Below, in pieces: positions 27,801 to 40,201 of a stretch of DNA of 64,000 bases. Source of the DNA: Dendrobates tinctorius. Lineage: Eukaryota. Where the stretch lies: NCBI RefSeq assembly GCF_039654945.1, contig NW_027361797.1, positions 44,888,001 through 44,952,000 on the forward strand. Direction: 5' to 3'. The notes below the pieces were generated by a model, which had not been told where the DNA came from, did not search any database, and saw only the letters and a list, made by a program, of their open reading frames with translations. How positions within the stretch are numbered: the first letter of the stretch is position 1; every line of letters starts with the position of its first letter. The translations under genes and the position numbers were made by a program.

Positions 27801-30800
27801 TGCATGTCTCCTGTGCAGAAGTACCTCTAGATTCCCCTTGTCCTTCATGCATGTCTCCTTTGCAGGAGTACCCCTAGATTCCCCTTGTCCTTCATATATG
27901 TCTCCTTTGCAGGAGTACCCCTAGATTCCTCTTGTCCTTCATGCATGCCTCCTGTACAGGAGTACCCCCTAGATTCCCCTTGTCCTTCATGCATGTCTCC
28001 TGTGCAGGAGTACCCCTAGAACCCCCTTGCTCTTCATGCATGTCTCCTGTGCAGGAGTACCCCTAGATCCCCCTTGCTCTTCATGCATGTCTCCTTTCCA
28101 GGAGTACCTCTAGATTCCCCTTGTCCTTCATGCATGTCTCCTTTGCAGGAGTACCCCTAGATTCCCCTTGTCCTTCATGTATGTCTCCTTTGCAGGAGTA
28201 CCCCTAGATTCCTCTTGTCCTTCATGCATGCCTCCTGTACAGGAGTACCCCCTAGATTCCCCTTGTCCTTCATGCATGTCTCCTGTGCAGGAGTACCCCT
28301 AGTTTCGCCTTGTCCTTCATGCATGTCTCCTGTGCAGGAGTACCCCTAGAACCCCCTTGCTCTTCATGCATGTCTCCTGTGCAGGAGTACCCCTAGATCC
28401 CCCTTGCTCTTCATGCATGTCTCCTGTGCAGGAGTACCCCTAGATCCCCCTTGCTCTTCATGCATGTCTCCTGTGCAGGAGTACCCCTAGATCCCCCTTG
28501 CTCTTCATGCATGTCTCCTGTGCAGGAGTACCCCTAGATCCCCCTTGTCCTTCATGCATGTCTCCTGTGCAGGAGTACCCCTAGATCCCCCTTGTCCTTC
28601 ATGCATTCCTCCTGTGCAGTAGTACCCCCTAGATCCCCCTTGTCCTTCATGCATGTCTCCTGTGCAGGAGTACCCCTAGTTACCCCTTGCTCTTCATGCA
28701 TGTCTCCTGTGCAGGAGTACCCCTAGATCCCCATTACTCTCCATGCATGTCTCCTGTGCAGGAGTACCCCTAGATCCCCCTTGCTCTCCATGCATGTCTC
28801 CTGTGCAGGAGTACCCCTAGATCCCCCTTGTCCTTCATGCATGTCTCCTGTGCAGGAGTACCCCTAGATCCCCCTTGTCCTTCATGCATGTCTCCTGTGC
28901 AGGAGTACCCCTAGATCCCCCTTGCTCTCCATGCATGTCTCCTGTGCAGGAGTACCCCTAGATCCCCCTTGCTCTCCATGCATGTCTCCTGTGCAGGAGT
29001 ACCCCTAGATCCCCCTTGTCCTTCATGCATGTCTCCTGTGCAGGAGTACCCCTAGATCCCCCTTGTCCTTCATGCATGTCTCCTGTGCAGGAGTACCCCT
29101 AGATCCCCCTTGCTCTCCATGCATGTCTCCTGTGCAGGAGTACCCCTAGATCCCCCTTGCTCTCCATGCATGTCTCCTGTGCAGGAGTACCCCTAGATCC
29201 CCCTTGCACTCCATGCATGTCTCCTGTGCAGGAGTACCCCTAGATCCCCCTTGCTCTCCATGCATGTCTCTTGTGCAGGAGTACCCCTAGATTCCCCTTG
29301 CTCTTCGTTCATGCCCCCTGTGATCAGTCGCAGCTTTCTTGTTTCCGCAGATTCAGTACCACTTGATGTTGCACATACAGATGAATCTCTGTGAACGATC
29401 TTTGTGGGACTGGATTGAAGAGAGAAACGAGCACTACAGGAAAGGGGGAGACTCTGCCAGTAAGTTTTACATAAGCTCCACAGACAAACCTGAGCGTACA
29501 CCAGTCACTGGGATTGTCAGACTGTCCCTTCCTCTTCACTAGGGGCAGCAGCTGAATTATCCAAATATTTTGCATTGATGCATTTTTTTTTAAGTCTGAT
29601 ATTTGTGTGTCTGAACGATGTGAGATTGCAGACTGATGTCAGGGATTGTGTACGTTGCTTCAGAATATGCTGGTGCTATCCAAGCGACAAATACATTTTC
29701 AAGCTTGTCTGCTTCTTTGGTAACCTAGATTTTTGGCAATGTGTTTTATTAACCTGTCTATCCTCAGGATGCTTTGACTATGTAGATGTCCAAAGCGCGT
29801 TGAGCATTTTGTGTCAGCTCTTGGAAGGCGTCCGATACGTCCACTCCATGGGTGTCCTCCATCGAGATCTGAAGGTGTGGTATACAACAGTCTTGTGCAT
29901 TTGCCAAATTCACCATAGAATCCCCCAGAGCGTATGGACACGTTTTCTCTCTTTTTGTATAGCCAAGAAATATTTTCTTGCAAGGTCCAGATCTTCATGT
30001 TCGTATCGGTGACTTTGGACTCGCATGCAGAGACATTATACAGCACTCGGATCCTTGGCCAAAGAAAGATCGGACCGACAGTAAGTGATCGGGTCGCACT
30101 ACATTATTAAAGGGGTTATCCAGACTTGTGAAATTGGTCCTCCAGGATAAGCCTACAGTATTACAATGCTGGGAGTCTGCACTTGGCAGCGTCTTACCAG
30201 CATTCAGGGTCTGTAGGAAATAACAGTCTGGATATGGTCATTGACTTCCATGGGAGAGTGAATGTCCATGATGGATCCCGTGTAGTGATGAGTGAACGTC
30301 CTTGGATAACGTGTTATCTGAGCATGCTCGGGTGCTAACCGAGTGTCTTCAGTGTCCTCAAAATATGTTCGATTCCTCGCGGCTGTTATGCAGCCACAAC
30401 ACATGTAGGGATTGGCTAACAAACAAGCAATCCCTGCATGGGTTGCGGCTGTCGAACAACCATCAGACATGCAGCTGCGGGGGTTCGAACATAGTATTCA
30501 ATCACGCCGAAGACACTTGGTTATCACCCCAGCATGCTCAGATAATACCTTATCCGGGCACGTTCACTCATCACTAATCCTGTGTTACTGGTACTTAGGT
30601 GCTACCCTTCATTGTAATTATAATTAATTTGTTCCCTGCTTTCCACTAAATGCAGATTCCACACACACGTCAGGAGTGGGTACCTGTATGTATGCGGCAC
30701 AGGAACAGTTAAAAGGATCACACTATGATTTTAAGGTACAGAGATTAATTCCACTATTCTTACAGCCCCACTTTCTTCAGTAACCACCTTGAAATAATCA

Positions 30801-33800
30801 TGTGGTATTTAAGAGGACCTGCCACCAGGTCAAAATCGATCCATATATATAATTATATATTATATAATTTTATTTATTTTTATTTTTTTTTTAATCCACC
30901 ACATGGTTCCCAAGATATGGACCTTTTTATTTAGTGCTAATTTTTCTGGTCTTAAGGGGAGGCGTGGCTCACAGGATAATGCAGAGCAATCTAAAGACAC
31001 GCCCCTGAGGATCCTGAGCCACGCCTCTTTGGAAAGATAAAGATGTCCAAAAAAAAAATCAATCAATGGGAATAAGAGCGTTACTGGCCACTTTTGACCT
31101 TGTGGCAGGTTCTTTTTAAAGGCTTTTCACAAGAAAAAGGTTATTTTTAACATGGAAATGATACCGTTGAGGTAATAACTGGCAGTAAGTTCCAGTCTTC
31201 AGTCATCAAAATTATATGAATAGTCTCTTATGCAAAATTTCCTATTTTTGCCTTTTGGGAAGAAAAACAAATAAAAATCAGTGCAAATTTGTCCGTAGTG
31301 ATGGAGGCATATCTTGGATCTTCAGAGCCCTAGCATACCTCGCGAATTGCTGACATCACATATTACATTTTCATGTTATAATGTATACTGATTCACATTT
31401 TGTGTTTCCTGCTTTGTTCCATTGTGTGATCGGGCCATTTGGTAATAAATCAATTGTCCCTAACTGGAAACTGTCAAGGAGCAGGGCAGCTACTGCTGCC
31501 ATTAATTGCAGATTTGGTGCTAGTATGTTGTTTTTTTTGCTTGGTTTCATTTCTAAGCTATAGAGACAAAATTGCACTGGTGCCTGTCTGCCGGACAGCA
31601 ATCATTGATTACAGGAGTCACAGAAGGATGGGAGTTGGGGTCTCCGAGCGCTGTGCCCGCAGGAGATCTTGTGAGCTCTGCAGCCTTCACACTTCCATCA
31701 GACGAGATCTCCAGGGGACACAGCAATCCATCACTAAACACACTGCTCACAGTAGAGGAGTGGCGTGCCAGTCCGGGAGGCAAGCATGCTTTTTTGTACT
31801 ATTCTATTAAAGGGGTTGTCCATTACCCAGACAACAGTTTTTTTTAAATGAGTCTCCATTGTAAAATAAAAGGAGGATTTTGAGTACTCGCCGTAAAATC
31901 TTTCTCGGACACTTAATTGGGGGGGGGACACGAGTAACCGTGGATTCTGGTTTGGACCAAACGACTCGTTCCGGCAATCTCAGTGGTGCACATTCCAAGC
32001 TTGGACAATTGGGTCGCTGACTTCCTAAGTCATCAGGACCGCTCTTTAGGTGAGTGATCCCTCAACACATCTGTGTTCATCCAAATCTGTCAGAGGTGGG
32101 GCACACCCGACGTCAATCTCATGGTGTCCCAGATGAACCAAAAAGTTCCTTATTTGGCATCCAGGACTCGCGACCCCCTGGCAGTCGGATCCATCGCCCT
32201 GGTCATTTTCTGGTCTGTTCCACCTTCTGTATCTGATTCCACCATTTCCCCTGATTCCCAGACTCCTCAAGTAAATCAAGGCAGAAGGGGTACTTGTCGT
32301 CATCCTTGTGGCTCCAGACTGGCCCAGAAGAACCTGGTACATAGAGCTAGTTAACCTGCTTACAGACGTCCCCTGGAGACTCCTGAATCGCCAGTATCTA
32401 TTATCTCGGGGTCTCCTCTTCCACTAGAATTCTTGGTCTCTCGATTTAAAGTCATGGCTGTTGAAGTCAATCTTGAGAGAAGCAGGATTCTTGTCCCAGG
32501 TCATCCAGATCATGATCAAGGCGAGGAAACACTCGTCCACTCCTGGAATGTTCATCGGTGAGATTGCCGACACGTCATTCACCCCAAGCCAGAATCCACG
32601 GTTACCTGTGTCTCCCAATGAAGCGATAGAGAAAATAAGATACTTGTCTCCTGCAGCGGTGCCATGCCAGCAATGTTGGGTCTGCTGTGGTGTGTATGGC
32701 ATTGTTATGCCGCTTTAGCCATGTAACCAATCAGCAGACCTTATTGGGCAGTAGCGCTCTTCCTTTTCTTCCCGATGGTGGTTGCTGAATGGCTGCTGGA
32801 CTCACGTGGCCAAAAATTTCCTTGCAAGCCATCACCAGTGCTGTCATTGCTGGAATTTTGCCCTTGGGAGATGTCAGTATCTGTTATTTTTACGTTACAA
32901 AGGGACTACTTCATGCAAAAAGGGATTGTCCAGGTAGTGGACAACCCCCGTTATGCACAATTGGGATGCTCGAAAGAGGTCTGCAGCAGTGGATTATCCC
33001 TTTAAAGGGAACCTGTCACCCCCCCCCCCCAGGGCCTTTCAGTTAAAGAGCCACCCTCAGCAGCACTAAGGCTGCATTCTGTGAAGGTGGCTCTTCTTTT
33101 TCTGACCCCAGTAATGCCAAAATATTGACTTTTATAATTAGCTCCTCATACCTGTAATGTGTCCCACAGGTATGTTGTGTCTCCCAGTATCAGCCGCCTA
33201 CCATCCGTCAATCATGCCTGTCCGGTGCTTCGGCGCCGCCCACCATCCGTCCATCATGATGCTCCTGTGCGTCGCTGCCTCCTCTTGATTTGAATCCCGG
33301 CGCCTGCGCTGTAACAAGTGTTCTCGGGCATGCGCAGTGCGCGCTGCCCGAGAACCGACATCAGGCTATTGTGCCTGCGCTTTGTGGAGGCCCCAGATCT
33401 CGCCCAGCAGTGTATTATGATGTATTCACACTGCAGGGCTGGGGCCTCCGCAACACGCAGGCGCAACAGCCTGATGTCGGTTCTCAGGCAGCGCGCACTG
33501 CGCATGCCCTAGAACACTTGTTACAGCGCAGGCGCCGGGATTCAAATCAAGAGGAGGCAGCGACGAACGGGGCATCATGGTGGGCGGCGCCGAGGCACCG
33601 GACAAGCATTATTGTGGGATGGTAGGCGGCTGATAGAGGGGGACGCAACATACCTGTGGGGCACATTACAGGTATGAGGAGCTAATTATAACAGTCAATA
33701 TTTTGGCATTTCTAGGGGTCAGAAAAAGAGCCACCTTCACAGAATGCAGCCTTAGGGTGGTTTCACATTTGCGTTTAAGGCCGCAGCGTCGGCCTGCACA

Positions 33801-35980
33801 CTGCCGCCGCTAAGCCCTGCCCCCTGCCGTGCCTCCGCCAGTAGCTCCGCCTGCAGGTGCATGATGCTGCCTGCGTCCCCTATCTTTAGCACTGGGGACG
33901 CAGGCCGTGTGCAGTATGCGTTTGGCGGCGCATGCATCCTTTTGACGCTGCGCCGAGCGCACCAAATTGCAACCTATTGCGTTTGGCGCTAGTCGGCGCA
34001 GCGTCAAAAGGACGCATGCGCTGCCAAACTCATACCTGCGCACGGCCTGCATCCCCAGTGCTAAAGATAGGGGACGCATGCAGCGTCATGCGCCCGTAGG
34101 CGGAGCTACTGGCGGAGGCACGGCAGGGGGCAGGGCTTAGCGGCGGCCATGCGCAGGCCGACGCTGCGGCCTTAAACGCAAATGTGAAACCACCCTTAGT
34201 GCTGCTGAAGGTGGCTCTTAAAAATGCCCTGGGGGGGAGGACAGGTTCCCTTTAATGTAAAGCATTAAAGGTCTCCTATTATTTATTTATTTTATTTTTG
34301 GTATGGGGCATTTTTTTATTTTGGATCCATGCCGAGAACTAGGAAAAACAAACTGCAGGAAAACCTTGTTAAAATAATGCCTTGTGGTTGTGTCTTGCAG
34401 TCTGACATGTACAGCGTTGGCGTCATATTACTAGAACTCTTCCATCCATTCTGGACAGAGATGGAAAGGAACGACGTCTTGATGGCTCTCAGCCGTGGGA
34501 TCGTCCCTGAAGTGTTTGAGACTCGCTGGCCGGTGCAATGTAAATATGTTAAGTTACTGACCAGCGCCGACTGTTCACTACGTCCATCAGCTGATGAAAT
34601 GCTGAAAAGTGAACTCTGCCAGGAGAGGGAAAACGTAAGTATGCTGGAGATCACCTCTTTCCCACCCTGTGGAAGGATTAGTGAGCCCAGCTGGTACTCG
34701 AGACCTTAGCTACCATTTTCTCCATATGGCACCTAAGACCTGCTACTGGATTTTAGCTTCGGTATGGATTTTAGCTCTGCTACTGGATTTTAGCTTCGGT
34801 ATGGATTTTAGCTCTGCTTCTGGATTTTAGCTTCGGTATGGATTTTAGCTCTATTATTATATTTTAGCTCCCATTGCTAGTATGTAGGGAGATAGTACCT
34901 GGCCCAATGTTACTTGCCAACGTACTTAGAATATTTTTTCATAAGAAATGAGTTCAGATCTCAAAACCTACTTACGCTGCGTGTGTATATAGCATAAATG
35001 ATTGCCGCACGTGACTAATGAACATTTTTGATACCGTATTAAAAGAAAGTGGCCGCTTAGTCACTTTCCGTCACTGTGACCCATATCCCCACCCTAGTAT
35101 CTTTCTAGTGTCAAAAGTAATGCAATAGATAGAAAAGGGAGAGAGTTTATCTAGGCCTTTTGATCTTTTATTAAAGGGATAGATATGAGGAGACATCTGA
35201 TTGAAAATGCAGTTAGTGAATGTACCATGAGGCAGAGCTCAGCCAAATGGTATATTTTTTTTACAACCTAAAAATCCACTCCATTGATTAATACCAGGCG
35301 TCCCTACAGGGAAAAATGTAAGAATTTGCAACTAGTTTAGCCGACGAATAAGCTATTCCAGACACTTGATAATTCCACCCAGTAGCGAGGGACAGTTCTT
35401 CTGTATAGCCTCCAGTGGTCATAAAGATCAAGGGAAATTCTCCTCTTTAATTTAATTTATAGAGCGCTGTTCATCTGATCCATGCTGCCCGAACCCCAGA
35501 GGCAGCATGAATCCGACACGGGCTGTGTTACTGCCGTCGTGTATGTTATGCTGTGAAACCCTGTGTCGTTTCAAGCAGGGCTGTGGAGTCGGTAAGTCAA
35601 ACCTTCGACTCCTCAATTTCCATGGCTCCGACTCCACAGCCCTGGTTTCAATGAATCTCAGAAAACCCGTCCATCTCTGACCAGTCCAAGGTCGGTCCCC
35701 AGCAGCTTTTTCTTGCTTTCTCTCTGACTTGCAGGCCTTTGCACACAGCGCGTCGGAGTAAAACGTACAAGGCTGCAATAACGCAGCCAATGTCTTATTT
35801 ATGCTGCCCGTGATTTGGTATGAAGTCGCATTGCTGACGTTTCTTTAATTCTTTCGGCAGGTGATTCAGGATCTTCAGCAAAAAGTTATTTCTTTAGAGG
35901 AGGAGAATGAGAGACTGAAGAAGAGCCTTGTGTTGTTACAAGGACAGATGTCACGCAGCGATGGAGACCTCCAGCTTTAA
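18825..35980 (+). CDS. EIF2AK1: eIF2-alpha kinase 1 (heme-regulated inhibitor, HRI), complete, about 633 aa
   Basis: Exons: 18825-18942, 20164-20319, 22729-22865, 22982-23019, 23105-23204, 23392-23472, 24353-24452, 25537-25594, 26429-26774, 29351-29459, 29768-29874, 29963-30080, 30656-30735, 34401-34634, 35861-35980 (total 1902 nt, in frame). Motifs: [73 protein letters not shown]-terminal coiled coil. Confidence 0.96.
21117..22387. mobile_element. Harbinger-type MITE with a nested related MITE (21307-21658) and an internal palindrome (about 21850-22095)
   Basis: Outer element has TTA TSD and GGCTATGTGC/GCACATAGCC termini; inner element has TAA TSD. Confidence 0.75.
22544..22575 (+). ncRNA. 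Degenerate hammerhead ribozyme remnant
   Basis: cca-CTGACAA-agcagggc-GAAAC-gcgc-GC-tgg; G8 is mutated to A and the U of the GUC triplet is missing. Confidence 0.5.
24912..25475. mobile_element. TTAA-flanked T2/Kolobok-type MITE
   Basis: TTAA-AGGGAATCTGTCA ... TGACAGATTCCCT-TTAA with long subterminal inverted repeats. Confidence 0.8.
27100..27560. repeat. Imperfect inverted repeat (arms about 27100-27267 and 27392-27560)
   Basis: ataccctgcagtaaatg pairs with catttactgcagggtat; cttaccatttgtca pairs with tgacaaatggtaag. Confidence 0.7.
27768..29312 (+). repeat. 47-bp minisatellite, about 33 copies, ending about 40 bp upstream of EIF2AK1 exon 10
   Basis: Unit GCAGGAGTACCCCTAGATCCCCCTTGTCCTTCATGCATGTCTCCTGT read directly. 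Confidence 0.97.
30283..30576. mobile_element. hAT-type MITE
   Basis: TIR TAGTGATGAGTGAACGT; 8-bp TSD ATCCCGTG/ATCCTGTG (7/8 match). Confidence 0.8.
31874..32550 (+). mobile_element. DIRS-like (tyrosine recombinase retrotransposon) relic
   Basis: Terminal-type motif GGATTTTGAGTACTCGCCGTAAAATC; fragments [32 protein letters not shown] and [19 protein letters not shown] resemble the DIRS1 RNase H, methyltransferase-like and recombinase-proximal regions. Confidence 0.7.
33006..34251. mobile_element. Palindromic TTAA MITE with a nested palindromic Harbinger MITE (33755-34195)
   Basis: Outer TTAA-AGGGAACCTGTC...GACAGGTTCCCT-TTAA; inner TTA-GGGTGGTTTCACATTTGCG...CGCAAATGTGAAACCACCC-TTA. Confidence 0.85.
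34745..34870. repeat. Short tandem repeat built on TGGATTTTAGCT (18/19-bp alternating units)
   Basis: Direct reading. Confidence 0.8.
35576..35644. mobile_element. 69-bp hAT-type mini-MITE
   Basis: 17-bp TIR CAGGGCTGTGGAGTCGG; 8-bp TSD GTTTCAAG/GTTTCAAT. Confidence 0.75.
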
Positions 35981-36718
35981 CAATGTTCTTTTCTGTTCAT
36001 TGATTTTTATTGTAAATTAAAGTTATTTATATACTAAGTTGTACGGTGCATTATTGGAGATGAAGGGGACTCCTGCAAATCTTTTACCTTCGTGTATCCC
36101 CTGGTGCAGCTTTTCATTAGGGCTGGCGAAACATCATCTATGCATTATGGTGTGCAGATGCCGATGCCCAGGCTGCTAGCTGGGTGGTCCGCCCGTGTTA
36201 TCTTCCACTTATGTCACAGTATTTTATATATATATCCCTTCCACTCAATATTTTGTAATTTAGCAGAAGCATCCAATTCGCTGGCCTCCAAACTGGTAAA
36301 CCCACAACAGATCATCTGCAAAGTTTAAAATAAATGATTGGGCAATCCACAGGACTCTGGTCCGGCGGGTGGGAGTCCTGATTCTGCTTTTGTGCCGGTC
36401 AGGTTCAATCAGGATGCCCTCAGATCGGCTAATGAAAAGAGGAGCTGCAGCAGCTATCCAATTACAGATAAAACAATGACCAGACAAGTACAGCTGTAAA
36501 AATTTGATTTGACAAACCCTCTGAAGAATTATTTTGGTGGATCAAGAAGAATTCACAGAACTGAAAAGACACTTTTTTTTTTAATTATATTGATGGCGTA
36601 CCAATACAAAGATCGCTCAGTGGGCGGCTTCAGTGACACTAGAAAGTTGGACGCATGCTGAATAGAGGAGAGGGTCCACCTCCGCGGTATTATCCCATTC
36701 GGGGTCTGCACTTATTCA

Positions 36719-39700
36719 TTATTTCAATAATTTAAGCACTGCATTAAAGGAGGGGAGATTTTCACAAGATTTCATCCATTTCAGCACGTTGGCCGGCGCA
36801 GAGGCGCTACTCCCAGATTGCTGGATGGCACACCAACTCACTACATCCGCAACGGTCAGTTCATTCCCTACTAGCCACGGAGTCTTGCCCAGCGTGGAGT
36901 TCATTGCCCTCAGGACGGCAGCTTTTTCCTTACTGCTCCCTTCTCTCATCTGAAAAATGGCGGTATCCACCCAGCTGTCAATCAGCGTAGCGGTAACCGC
37001 ACTAAATGTCTCACCCAGCAAAGAGAACAGGAAGCGGGCGATGTTGCCTTCGCCTTCAATCGGGCACATGTTTTGGATGCTGAATTTCATCTGTGGTTTG
37101 GGCACTGGAATGAGCAGAGAAAAATAAGTTAATCTTGGTTTTTACAGTACAAAAACCTGCAATAGATGTGGCACTTTATAAGTCACGGATCAGGCAACCT
37201 TCACTAGGATGTCTGGCGTTCCAAGCATGCCCAAAAATGCAGTCACCTGAAAGAGATCTTGAGGGATGGCACTGCCTGGGCAGCATAGCTTTTGTCCATA
37301 CATTAAAGGAAGTTGTCCATTAATGGACAATCCCAAGATACAATTAAAAACCCCACGTATACTCACCTCCCGAACCACCAGACTATTGTGGCATGTGAGT
37401 GCTGCAACTAACGAGAGCCACCGATCGTCTGCAGCCTTCACATGTCCATTAGATGAAACTATGAACGCTGCAGAGCCTACGTGCCCACGCAAAGTGACTG
37501 CCCAGAGACGGCACCAACATGGCTGGAAAACGCCAAGTATATATATACACGTCAGTTGAGCAGTGCCATAAGCTGCACCACAAGATAAAGCCCTTGCACC
37601 TCGTACCTACCGTCTTTCCAAATGAGGGTGAAGCCAAGCTGATAGTCCTTCCGGGACTTCATTTGGACCTGGTCCCCGAAGCATTTCAGCAGAGGCTCTG
37701 GGATGTTCATGACGGACGAGTGAGTGTGCACGGCGGACAGTACGTGGTATCGCTCGCTCAGCAGACTGTGCAGGATCAGCAAGGAAAGTGGCGGCACAGA
37801 GGGGTTGCCGTTGATGACGATGTCTCTCAGCGCTCCGTAGTCCTGAATGTAAGAAACAAACTGCCGTTACGGCAAGAAAACGCTTCCCGATGTGGATGAC
37901 ATATTAGCTTGGTGACATCATTTGCATTCATTTTTTTTTCCCCTGTGCCAAATAGTGATGGCATATTTTTGAGCACGCCAAAGACACTCAGTACTAAAAA
38001 TTAAACTATCCGGGGACCATAGGCAGAGACGAGATTAGTGTGGCGTGGCCCCTGGCAGCTTCTAGGTAACAGATCACTCCCTATGTACACACGGAAGAGA
38101 ACAATCAATCACCTGGTGCAAACTCCAGAAGGGGGCGTTGTCGGATTAGTCTCGTCTCTGCCCATCATTCCTAATTGTGTAAAGGGGATAAGAATCATAA
38201 GTTAGCAGGGACCCTTTAAGGCTCTCTGTAAAACACATATGCCCTGAACTTATACCACAACCCAAATCCCATAACAATCAATGGGGTCCTTAACCTTTGA
38301 GCTGGAAAATCTCTCTTCCCCCTCGGACTCCAAAACTGTAAACCAGACTTCCGGGACAAGTCCATGTTCGATGCTGAACTAAGAACACTAGGCGTCTGGT
38401 ACGAACCCCGAACTTTATAGTTTAGGTCCGCTCATCACTAATCAAGAGCTGCTCTTGCTATGGATGCAAGGAAGAATCGGACCCTTCACATTAATTTGAG
38501 AATATTGAAGGAATTAGACCACAGCCCCATGTCACTGACAAGCAGACCCCCAGATAATCTACATTAATTGGGTGGGAGCAAGAGACGTGTCCGTCCAGCC
38601 TGAGATGTAATGGTTAATGCTACTACTGTCTGTCGGGTCTGCAGAACATACAATGGATCCACCTCATGCAACCTAAAGCCCAAACTGAGCGGCGACCCTC
38701 TGGGGGCTGTATAAGACCTCCATACGTGACAAATTCCGTCCATATTACCAGCAGGTATACCTTACCTTCCCAAGTATAGAGTCCAGGTCTGCTTTGCAGG
38801 AGGATGAGGTCGCGCTCTCATCTGCCTGAATGATGTCTGTCACATCGAGGTCAGCATCTGGAGTCTGGATCATTTTTGAGAGGCCGTCAACAGCGGCTTT
38901 CAGTTCATACAGCCGCTTAAGGATGTCTTCTTGTCTGGATTCCAGGGCCTGAACTGCTGGGTCAGCGCCATCCTAGAAAACACAAGCAGAATGGATGCCG
39001 TTCACTATCAAAGAGGTTTCGCTGTATGCTTCATCTAGAGGTCAGCCAAAGGACAGGTGCCCACCAAAGTACTATGTCATATGGAGTCGTGGGGAGTCAG
39101 CGTGCCACCGCCGTACACTGCTCCTTCCACAATATGTCATTCATCTCCCCAAGAGACACCATAATGTGGCATGTGATGGACCATACACCACTTATCAGAT
39201 CGGTGTACAGTCAGGCAGAAAACGTCACATGATGACAGAGGCACTAAACCCAGAGGTGAGACTATGCAGCCCTGCATCTGCATGGAGTTAGACCACCATG
39301 TCAGAGGCTTAGCAGTCCCACAGGGGATACACATGAGAAGCCCCAGTTACAGAGGAAATTGGAAAATATAAGATATGTATATATTAATATTTAAAGAAAA
39401 AAAAGTTCATAAGAGGCAGGTTAGGAACAAGGGAGGATGGCGGAACACTTCCCAAGGCCCATCAGATCCGTGATGATGCAATCGTGCAACGCTAATCAGG
39501 TGGCATGGCAGCCGGGGGGCCTCTATGACGATTTTTTTTAATGGATTTAACCAGAATTTTACAAAGTTGCCAGTTATTTTTCTTCCTTGGTGAACGCATT
39601 TGCCTGCCTTGACTGATGGCTTTACTGGGCTACGATGTTTCTATATATGAGGGTAGTGGAGATATCATCATACCTTCCTTGCCTCCTTAAGGAGTTTGTT

Positions 39701-40201
39701 ATGAAGCCCTGCCCATAACTGGGCATTTTATTCTTATTTTATTCACTCTGCTCAACTAAGAATTCATTTTAATTTTTTTTATAAATCCGCCAAACATTGA
39801 TGGTGCCTGGCAGCCATCATCGACCTATAATGGGGCTCTCAGGCATCGCCGCCGTGCCCATCACGGTACTGTTCTCTCCAGATTCGGTGCCAGACCCCAT
39901 TATCAGTACGGGGGCTGCTGATGTCCCTCACACAACAGATCTGGCAGTTTTACTTTTTTATCCCATTTTGCATGAATTTAAATCTCTAGATTTTAAAAAA
40001 AAAGAATGTTGGGGGCTCCTCCAGTCACAATCCAGGGATCTATGGTCACAATGGCTGACACTGACATATGGGCCTCGGCTACATTACCTGCTGGGGGTGG
40101 CCGCAGGGAGCCTGGTGCACGTTGGGCAGTCTGTACATGCAGCTTGGCAGCTCCACCTTCATGTCCCCGCTGTTGTACGGCTGTACCTTATACATGGACA
40201 T
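36719..40201 (-). CDS. AIMP2: Aminoacyl tRNA synthetase complex-interacting multifunctional protein 2 (p38/JTV1), complete, about 312 aa
   Basis: Exons 40088-40201 ([23 protein letters not shown]), 38766-38972 ([33 protein letters not shown]), 37611-37842, 36719-37104 (GST-like C-terminal domain, [16 protein letters not shown]); total 939 nt. Confidence 0.97.

Noticed and set aside
27768-29312. CRISPR-like appearance of the regular tandem arrays (also 41035-44305 and 1095-1557)
   Set aside because: Units are head-to-tail with no unique spacers, there are no cas genes, and the context is vertebrate introns.
18943-35860. ANKRD61, which is nested antisense in mammalian EIF2AK1
   Set aside because: I saw no ankyrin-repeat exons on the minus strand; tblastn would be needed to confirm absence.
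39012-39042. Minus-strand CTAGATGAAGCATACAGCGAAAC resembling a hammerhead core
   Set aside because: Extra base in the core, and no stem I closure, stem III or cleavage triplet.
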